The notes below the pieces were generated by a model. That model was not told the origin of the DNA. It made no database searches and saw only the letters and a list, made by a program, of their open reading frames with translations. Shown one piece after another: positions 54,464 to 64,000 of a stretch of 64,000 nucleotides of DNA; within the stretch, counting starts at the first letter, position 1; each line of letters opens with the position of its first letter. This DNA is from Tubiluchus corallicola (lineage: Eukaryota > Animalia > Priapulida). The stretch covers positions 10,412 to 74,411 of the forward strand of contig JAQGDQ010000971.1 in assembly GCA_030141605.1 (NCBI GenBank), written 5' to 3'. The position numbers and the translations under genes were made by a program.

Positions 54464-54930
54464 GGATCACCGAACGTAAGCAACGTACAGCCTGGTTGGT
54501 ACTTGGATGGGTGACCACCTAGGAATACCAAGTGCTGTAGGCTTGCGATATGCCAACAGTGTATCTCGACACTGGGCAGAAGTGCTGTACAAGCAGCCAA
54601 CGGGAGGAGGTCAAGTGACCCAACGGCCATGTGTAGAGGAGTAAACCTTCCAAATCAGGAGTGGAGCCCCGAAGGCGGACCAGTGCAGCATGCTCACTGA
54701 CTTCGGCAGCTCCTACAGCCAACCTGGTGCCAAACGTATCGCTCCGCTGTATGGGCAACTCAGGATCTCCATACACCTTGCCCAGGCGTGCGCCCTGGAG
54801 ACGCCACTCCAGTGGTTCAAGGATCGCACTGCTCAGCCACAGTTGACGCTGCAGCTCCATCAATGTGATCAATAACCGACTCTCTTGGGGCACGCACACT
54901 TCCGAGACTGGAAGGATGCCAACAACAATA
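54464..54930 (+). mobile_element. 5S rRNA-derived SINE/chimeric retroelement (5' truncated)
   Basis: 54464-54544 aligns by eye to the 3' ~80 nt of 5S rRNA (GCCTGGTTGGTACTTGGATGGGTGACCACCTAGGAATACCAAGTGCTGTAGGCTT); it runs without an oligo-T terminator into a GC-rich body and short (CAA)n tail. Confidence 0.75.
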
Positions 54931-55281
54931 TAGGAACAAAACTATGTACTATACATATTTAGTATATAGTTTAAATACTAAACCATACTGTTGAATTTCC
55001 TCTACACAATTCATTTTTTTATGTACACCATTTCTATAACTATGGTTAACTATGGCTGAAGTTAAATTTTCTGATAAAGATCAGTTTTCGCACAACATTA
55101 TAGCACAACCTTTTGTAAAAACTTTCTGTGTTAGCTTATTTAATACTATTGTAGTAATATGAAAAGTAATTGTTTCTTGTTATGAATTTGTCATTGAGAA
55201 AGTAATAACACATAAATTATATAATTATAGTTTTATATGTATATATAAAACTATATGTATTATTATATATGTCTATATATA

Positions 55282-55762
55282 TTGGGTGTCTCAGAAGATA
55301 ATATACACCTTACAATTTTTGTATTTTTAACAAACAAAGAAAAACCGTTTGAAAATTTGTACAGATGAATTAACACATTGACAACTCTTTTTGTCAAATT
55401 AGAAGAGAATGTGCCAAGTCTGGCATCTTGCATTGAAAAAGTATTTCACAGCCCAAGAGTGGTAAGGAACGGCTACATCATGCTGAAAAACTACATTGAT
55501 AATAATGAGAGAATAGTGTGGTTTAAATGGTGTTTTGAATTTCCACTGAACTTTAGTTGGTGGTCAAAGGGCTTCACGCCAGGCAGATCTTGCATCTCAT
55601 TTCTAACATTGCTGTCGCCATGGCAACAGTGTTCCAGACAAAAACAAATAAAAGCAATTGTCGCATGCCCCTTTTGGTTCGTGTAAGAGCTTGCTGTGAT
55701 TGGGGAAAATTTTAAAAAGAAAATTCGAAATCAAAGTGGACAGTAACTTTTGAGACACCCTG
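55282..55762. mobile_element. Tc1/mariner-like non-autonomous element
   Basis: GGGTGTCTCAGAAG ... CTTTTGAGACACCCTG|TA inverted ends. Confidence 0.6.
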
Positions 55763-57071
55763 TATGTATCGATATCAGATCATGAACTGCAGTTTTTACT
55801 GTTGATTTTACACAAAGAACTAAGCATCTGATTAAAATACAACAGATTTTTAATTACTTTTCAATACAACTGCATCGTAGAACATAACATATTGTTACAA
55901 AAAACCAGTTAAGACTAAACGATGTATCTAAAACTTTACGTTGACGTACGTTCACAGTACTGAGATTTCCCTTATTGCTTAATTACTATTATCAAAAATT
56001 TGTTTGCTTGCCTAACACAGTGAAGAAAACAGATTAAACACATAACAACAGCTTGCTTAGTTGTAGATTATGTTTACATACACCTGTGTAAAAAATAAAA
56101 AAAGCTGAGCAATTCTTCTTAGGAACAAAAATTCAGAAAAACTGCTAGACATATCAAGACTCGAACCCGCAACCCAGTGATCACTTGATAATTGCGATCG
56201 CTATGAAACAGTATTTTCCTTGAAACCTGTCGGGTTTTTTAAACTAATTACTTGCATTAAAGATTTACAAACGATCCAGAAAAATGAATTCTACAAAAAC
56301 TTGTAAAAGTACAGATTCAGCTGAATAATTTACAAATTTTATATTTCATATGTCATAAGCAACTTTATATGCGTAGTTAGTGATTTGACAAATATATTTT
56401 CGGTTCTACATCTTATGGATCACCAGTGGTAGATTAACCATTACGCTAAATACAGCCTTAGACCCTAAATTTTGATATGCCCTTTGATAGGAGACAAATG
56501 ACTAATTAAAGCAAGATAATCTTAGTAAACAGGACATAAAAATTCATTAAAACTGACCTTGCTAAAGACAAGTGTACTAAATTCAGCAGTCAAATACATT
56601 GAATGTACACGGGCGTTGAAAAAAGTAGTTCCAAAATTAATTTATAATCCTTGATCCTGGTAGAGGCATTTGTAAAAGAGACCCACGTTGTTTTGCAGCC
56701 GGGTTTTTCCTCTTTTAAAAGAGCAGCAAATTATCCTTCCCTAGGATGACGCTAGAACGTTTTTCCTATTATGATGTTCCTCCAGTGAGCTTAAAAATAA
56801 CTAGTTTTGGAGATTTTTCACCCACCGTTGTAGAAGAAAAAAGGTTTCACTGACACTTGGAATGGGATCTTGGAGAGAGGTTCTTTAGAAAGAGAAGACC
56901 CCCGGGATGCACGAAGATGTGGATCCCTTTTACAGTGGGGCTTGTGGGTTTGTTCATAACCCATGAAACCCTTAATCCATCCCCGTGGGTCACCTTTCGA
57001 CAATGTAAGATGTCAAACAATGTTGCATGTCTTGGTCTACGTGAGTAGAAATATATTAGATGGATATTATA

Positions 57072-57414
57072 GGTTTTACACGTCAAATGTAGACACAGGA
57101 AAGTTCAAATGTGACTTAGGTAAGTCAAATGTAGACATAGGAATTTCGAATGTGTTTTGGTAACTCAGATGTGACCCATAACGTTGTTATTTTAACTTAA
57201 GAGCAATTATTAAATTGAAATTAAAGAAGATTAAATTTAACATCCTTAAACTTTACGACCTATCCACATTTGAGATACCAATGTCACATTTGTCTTGACA
57301 TGTGTCTATATTTGACTTACCAAAACGCTTAAGATTTCTTGAAAACCATTGTTAACACATTTGAACTACCAAAGTCTGCATTTGAGTTACCAAGACACAT
57401 TTGAATTACCTAAA
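57072..57414. mobile_element. Family D MITE, right end missing
   Basis: Near-identical to 34491-34830; stops at the family B TTAA. Confidence 0.8.
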
Positions 57415-57418
57415 TTAA

Positions 57419-57826
57419 AGGAAAGGTCAAGCTTTTTGGCAAGTTAGGCTTATTTCATTGTTCGCGAAAAATGTTAGAAGGATTTAGTAATAAACGTAAC
57501 GCACTGTCAATCTTCATCAAAAGTATAATAAGTTTTTACCAAAAAATTAGATTTTGTTACATTTTTGTATGAACATTAGATAAGCGGTAGAAGTTTTAAT
57601 TAGTTTGTGCAGCGTGCGCTTATGGAGAAACACGTAGACTCCCAATTACGTCATGGTTTTCAACTGAATGGCGGCAACCGCCACTCCTGTAAATTTTTAT
57701 TCGGCGCCATTATAAATTAACTTTATATTTTATAGACAATTTTTTCAAATTTCTTTGTTATATTTCTCAAAGTTTTAGTGATAACAGTAAAATAAACCCA
57801 GCATGCCGAGAGATTTGTTTTTTCCT
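57419..57826 (-). mobile_element. Family B TTAA-flanked element, abutting a truncated MITE
   Basis: TTAA|AGGAAAGGTC...; GGCAAGTTAGGCTTATTTCA is the reverse complement of 6107-6126. Confidence 0.7.
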
Positions 57827-58264
57827 TTTAAATGTATTGCAACATCGCACAGTGGTACAAAAGAAATATTACGTTCTACTGCTTACAAAATTTAGGCTTC
57901 TTACTTGAGTTTTGTTAAGACGCTTGTTGAATATCTTTTTTGTAATGAAAACACTATTTCAAAATATGACGAACTACAATAGATAACAAAAGAAATAAAT
58001 ACAATCAAATACAATCATTAAAAGACAATGTGAAAATTTATATCTTCTATACAATAATAACTATTATATAGTATCAACACGTATGCAATCGGAGGTAGCT
58101 CGTTGACAGCGTCATGTTAGTTATTTTTTGCTATTTGTAATAAAGAAGGGTTTAAATAATATGTATGTCTATAGTCTAATACTGTACTTAGATGTAAAAA
58201 AGACAAATTACTGATGATTACTGTAACTTCTTTAAAAAGTAAAATTATTAATTATTAAAAATTC

Positions 58265-58690
58265 GAAAGTTTAACGCGTTGCGCAACTAACAAGCGAGCT
58301 GTACCTATCAGTTCGGAGTTGTTCGGTTGTGACGTACTGCCGACGTTTGAGAGAGCTCATGCGTGAGCACAGCGCGGTAAATTTTACAATTTGAATTTTT
58401 ATCTCAAAACTTTCCTAGTTTTAGCATAAATCGTTAAAGCTCTTACAGTAGCAGTGGATTTAATCTTCGCTTTCACAAACACGTGCAAAACCCCCGTGAA
58501 AGTTTGTGCTGCTGAAATTTACATACATTTGTGGTGATGTCATCAATAGTTGGGCTCGTTCGTCGTTAATTAGTTTCTAATATATTATTTAGCTACGAGA
58601 AACAATTTTGCAGTATTATTGGTGTTAAAGTGTACACTTTTTAAAGTACTTCAAAATTTTCGAAAGATACAAAAAATCACCCTGTTTTCT
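58265..58690 (+). mobile_element. Family A diverged copy
   Basis: Shares GCTCATGCGTGAGCACAGCG and GATGTCATCAATAGTTGGGCTCG; ends CCTGTTTTCT|TTAA. Confidence 0.7.
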
Positions 58691-59392
58691 TTAAAATTCT
58701 TTTGTGCAAAAAACATTTGCTGGACGTGTATATTCGATCAGTAACAAGTAAAAATCAAAGAAAACGATTACATAAAATCTACAGTTTACTACTTGTCGTC
58801 ATCATTAACATTGTTTAGATTGATCATGGTTAATTGAATTATTTTTATAGGGAACTGTGTCAAAAAAACTCCCGAGTTATGAAAATTTGAAGATTGTTAG
58901 TTTAAGAATAAAAAATACGGAAAACAGCTTTTGCGGAATAAGAAGTAAATTTTTCGTTTCGCATTTTTAGTGGTGAGGTTAGTCACTCCGTGACGTCACA
59001 TGATTAATTTACTCCTGCCACCTGACAGGTACGCTCGCATACGAAATGTTAAACGTCAAAAAGAAGAACTAAACGTGGAAATATTATGCTGAAAAACTAT
59101 GCACGATGTCAGCTAACTGATGCGCCCTCGGGCGGAAAGTGCCACAAGAATACTGGACTGCCTGTACACCTGAGCTACCTGTCCACAATTCTGGCAGGTT
59201 TATGAGATAAAGAATTTACGACGATGCATAATTTGCCGGTGCGATGTCTACAGGGCGGGATTCTTTGGCAGACGAATGTTTATAAACGTTCATTGTTTTG
59301 AAGGTTGGTGTAGTGGGCAGGGGCACAAAGTCCTTCTGGAATGTAGTCCAATGTGCGCCGTCCGCAGGCCAAGCGCTTGGTCGTAGAGAATG

Positions 59393-59476
59393 TTTACGAC
59401 CATAGATGTGTTTATGACCATAGATGTGTTTACGACCATAGATGTGTTTACGACCATAGATGTTTATGACCATAAA
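59393..59476. repeat. 18-bp minisatellite composed of TTTACGAC/TTTATGAC motifs
   Basis: Five motifs at 59393, 59411, 59429, 59447, 59463 (spacing 18,18,18,16), ending in CCATAAA. Confidence 0.9.
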
Positions 59477-60244
59477 CGCTGAGGGCGTAATTATCACCAG
59501 AGGGCGGTCGTAGAACCAAGAGAGTCTTCAAAGAATCGTGCTCATGGATCCACCCCCCTACAGATTCTCGTTTGGCTGTTTGCTATTATTATCCAATAAA
59601 ATGTGCAAATTTTCGTTTTTGTAAGTTCTGGTAAATAAACAATTCAAAAATCTCTTAATAGACTTAAAATGTCTCATTAGACCCTTCGATATAATCTCTT
59701 TTTTCACAATTAACAATCAAGAATTTCGACAAAAAAAGGCCTAGAAAGAACCATTTAACAAGGAATAAATTTGTGTTCCAGATTTTTGAATATTTGAAAA
59801 TGGCAATATAGTCAAATGTTTTTTTTAGTTTTCGAATATCGTAATACTCGCGACAAGTGGCAATAATTATTTAGGGGATGAATCGAGCTTTATGGAAGCC
59901 ACCCGCCTTTTCCGAAAAATGTGTCTAATGAGGGTGGGGTTTACCTGTAATCAATTACATGTACCACCCTTTTTAAGGCGTATCTACAGGTTGTTTACGG
60001 ATATGACAGTTCATAAAGAAGCGATTCGTTTTGCATATACTTTTTGCAATGTCTGAATGTCATGAATTTTAATCATTTCTATAAGGCAGTCTTTGTTACA
60101 CAAAGGCGTATCGTACTGGCAGCCAAACTTGGATTTTTGCAAGCATTTATTAAAACACGCTGTGCGGATAGAATGGATCCGCCCTTACATGTGGACGCTC
60201 ATCATGAACATGGCAGACGAAGGTGTTGAAAGTTTAATGTAAAC

Positions 60245-60289
60245 CTGTCAAGAACGAAAAGCCAACAACATCATCCATCAATCTTGTCA
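60245..60289 (-). promoter_or_regulatory. Composite Pbx-Hox + Meis/Prep site downstream of Hox3
   Basis: Minus strand: TGACA (60289-85), AGATTGATGG (60284-75), TGATGGATGA (60280-71), TGACAG (60250-45). Confidence 0.5.
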
Positions 60290-61429
60290 AACTAATTAAT
60301 TTTCGAACAACTAGCCATGCTGATATTGTAAAGTGCCTATCTGCAAGCGTCCAAATCAAATTATAGTTGTCTGAGGCCAGCAGAGATGTTCCCTGGTATT
60401 ATCGTTGCTAACTGTATGTACAGTTTTATAGCAAAGTCCAAAGTTGTTTCTTCAGAGATAAAGACGCGCATTTGCTTTTATTTTTTTACTCATAGATGAT
60501 TCGGTTGACACTAAAGAATATTAATGTTCTTTAGGGTGAATACGCATTCATTTGGTCCCAACAGTAGTGTTTGTCTGTTAGGGGTAATAAGTGTGGCGAT
60601 GGTACACTCAGAAAGGGGCGGATTTTGGTGCAGAGGTCTTTGCTAAGCCCGACGCAAGTTGTTCATCCTCTGCCGGACAAACGTTCACGCAAGAGCTAGA
60701 GTTGTTTGATCTAAATTTCGAACTGCAAGAAGCATTACACATTACTAAATCATGTGTAGGCACACTATTTACTGCTTTAAAATAAGCAGGTAATTTTTTG
60801 AGATATGAACCGTAAATTTACTGCTGTTACCTGCTTGCGATTCTTCTGTTATAATCTCTGGGAAGAAAGCTAATTATCGCAAGCTAATCATAAGCACGGA
60901 TATACTAGTATTTTCAGTACATATTGATACAAAAACATTTTTAGAAATGTTCATAAATCATGATTTATAAAAGTGATAACCTTAGCTCTAAACAATTTGA
61001 TATTGGACTTAAAAGAAATGGCTGCAACAAGCTATAAGAATAATACTAAAGAAACTGCAAAGCGTGTTTCTGCATAAGAGAATTATTGCTTTTGAATAAA
61101 ACTATAAAAGAGTAGATAGCTATTTTGCATGTCTTCTTATAGATTTAATAAAAATTCAAATCCACCTTTCCTTCAGCTGTCTCCAAGGATTTAATAAGCA
61201 TTTCAGGACCTGTTTCAGGTACTGCTCTTCGTGGAAAAATGGAACATGTTAGCAACACATTTGTCTGACAATGCGACGATGTCCTGAAAATATGACTTAT
61301 CCTTGTACGGCTCAGGCAATAATTTCCCTTTCAGGAATACGTATTTCCTCATTTGTATCCCGTTAGACTGTCATCTGCCCATCTGAGAGGTTCAAATTTT
61401 TAGGTTCTCTCTCAAAATATCTTCCTGTA

Positions 61430-62118
61430 CTACAAATGTGTGAGTTTGGGTGTGTTGTTGTAAATTCCCTGAGAACCATGCATGTTGTACCCCGGTGACG
61501 TCCTGTGAGAAGGAACCATGTCGCACTCCACTGTGATCGGTGGAGGACCATGCGATGCAGACAAAGGTGGACTGACAGTCATTGCATAGGAGGACGCACT
61601 ATACAGGCTCTTCTGGTGGGCACTTTGTTGGGCGAGGGCACCACCCGTGGCATGTCGTGAGGTGGCATCCCGAATGCTGTGTTGAATTACCGAGGACTGT
61701 TGTTGACACTTGGAGGTAACGTTGTGCGACAGAACGGAATGTGACACTGCATGCGGCACTCGTGGTGGTGACGAAACGTCCGCCATTGCTGATGTACCGT
61801 TCTTGTCGAGTTGCTTCTTCGTCGACACTTGGGAATGCGTTTCCCCACATTTACTACCCGAATCGTCCTTACTGGAATCAGACAAGGAATTCCTTCCCCC
61901 GGAGTCAATTCCCAACTTCTGGTCCTTCTTGAACTTCATTCTTCGATTTTGAAACCAGATTTTTATCTGTCGTTCTGTTAAGTTCAACATTGCGGCCATT
62001 TCGATTCGTCGCGGTCGGCACAGGTAGCGATTAAAATGGAACTCTTTTTCGAGTTCGACAAGTTGGGCACTAGTATAGGCAGTCCTGGCTCGTTTGGTTG
62101 GCTGATCTGGCTGGGGTT
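61430..62118 (-). CDS. Hox3: Hox3 homeobox/terminal exon
   Basis: Acceptor ttttttacag| (62121-62119), phase 1: [66 protein letters not shown]...[12 protein letters not shown]3 homeodomain (62098-61919) and the PG3-diagnostic C-terminal PKLTHL; stop TAG at 61432-61430. Exon 1 not seen in the window. Confidence 0.97.
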
Positions 62119-62340
62119 CTGTAAAAAATTAACCAAAAATAACATTTAATCAGAAGGTTCACTGAAGTCCTAAAAATACTTATACAGATTAACATTAAAA
62201 ATTAAATGTTAATCGAAATTTCAGTCACTGTATAATCATCATGCCATTATTAACAAGGATGACCAAGACGTTGATAATATTAGCAGTAAAACTCTACCGT
62301 TAGACAAGTAGGTCCTACCGTTAAAGCACAAGAAAACACT

Positions 62341-62907
<567 letters not shown>

Positions 62908-63820
62908 GTACGTATTGTTATGCACGTAAAGTATATAATAGATCATAAAAATAATCTGAGCATTAGCAGCAGTTTTGCTAGCTAAGTAAAAGTGTACCTT
63001 ACTTTATGTTGTCAATAAGATCAATAATGTATTGTTTGGTGAGCCAGTGGTGCACACTGGGATGGTGACACATTGACGGTTTATCAGTTGGCGGGAACAC
63101 TTTCAATTATTAAGAATTTTTTTCAAATCGAGTACGTTTTTCAAGCAGGTAATGCTACGTGATTTAACTTTGTATAGAAAGTCTTTTGTGATATACTTTA
63201 GACTTCCTCTTTCGTTACCTTTTAGAATTGGATTCTGACTTGCAGTGCTGAAAACTGAATGAAAGTTATGGCAAATAGAAATTGCTGCTGTATATTATTA
63301 ATTACCAGTATCAGACGCAGCATCTGTTTGTTTTTCTATTGTTACGACTGAAGTTGTTATTACGGCAACGCCATGCAGCTGCATGGACGCTAATTTAATA
63401 GTTGTCAGTTTATGATCGAGCAATGTATATCTACTTCAGTCAATTTGAGCAAACCTTTAGCCTCATTTAATTCAAGTGGTATCAAATAGCAGTAGAAGTA
63501 GTAGTTGTTTTTGGTATTGTGCATTAGTAAATAAAATATACATCTATTTTTATTAAGCTAACTTTATCAAAATCGTATTATTAAGAAGAGAGTTAGGAAG
63601 CAAAGTGCATGTGCATATGGGAAATGGGAAGCGAGAAAGAGGGGAAAGCGAAGGAAGAAAAGAGGGAGAGAGAGAGAAAGAGAGACAAAGTGAGAGAGAG
63701 AGTGAGCGAGAGAGAGAGAGAGAGAGAGGAGGGTTGAGAGAGAGAAGATAGAAAGAGAGAAAGGGAGTGAGAGAGACGATAGAGAGAAAGGAGAGAGAGA
63801 GAGAGAGAAAAAGTGTGAGA

Positions 63821-63884
<64 letters not shown>

Positions 63885-63967
63885 GGGAGAGAGAGAGTGA
63901 GAGAGAGAAAGAGTGTGTGTGAGAGAGAGAAGGGAGAGAGAGAGTGAGAGAGAGAAAGTGAGAGAGA

Positions 63968-64000
<33 letters not shown>

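Noticed and set aside
54464-54544. Functional 5S rRNA gene
   Set aside because: 5' ~40 nt missing, diverged, no oligo-T terminator; treated as a SINE head.
59940-59995. Minus-strand AACCTGTAGATAC...TTACAGGT resembling a miR-10/miR-100 family hairpin
   Set aside because: Only ~8 bp pair, the seed lacks the ACCCUG of miR-10, and no ~22-nt duplex forms. I found no convincing miR-10/993/1991 by eye.
61430-61999. ORF-track start at MAAMLNL as the Hox3 initiator
   Set aside because: This Met lies inside the homeodomain; the frame is open upstream to the acceptor at 62118.
62155-62172. DR5 RARE near the Hox3 acceptor (GGTTCACTGAAGTCCT)
   Set aside because: Second half-site and spacing do not match. 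No perfect DR5 was noticed in the window, though the scan was by eye.

Overview
AT-rich animal (invertebrate bilaterian, probably spiralian/lophotrochozoan; inference) genomic DNA covering the anterior part of a Hox cluster, with both genes on the minus strand. Hox2/proboscipedia has exon 1 at 22413-22089 (SGFINSQPSL N-terminal motif, poly-Q, PEYPWMREKK hexapeptide), a 21.8 kb phase-1 intron, and a homeobox exon from 314 off the left edge (missed by the ORF track). Hox3 has its homeobox/terminal exon at 62118-61430 ending in PKLTHL*; its exon 1 is not recognisable in the window. The Hox2 intron and the ~39 kb intergenic interval are packed with transposons (at least 8 copies of a TTAA-targeting Kolobok-like element, hAT/Tc1/piggyBac-type MITEs, a tandem Helitron, LINE 3' ends, 5S- and tRNA-derived SINEs, inverted-repeat elements with hammerhead-like cores) and simple repeats. 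Almost all ORF-track entries are repeat artefacts. The most interesting signals are regulatory: a double Pbx-Hox site inside Hox2 coding exon 1 at the position corresponding to the vertebrate Hoxa2 exonic element, an oriented series of CTCF-like motifs, a minisatellite built of Cdx/posterior-Hox sites, and several Pbx-Hox plus Meis/Prep composite sites. All motif-function assignments are unvalidated predictions made by eye.
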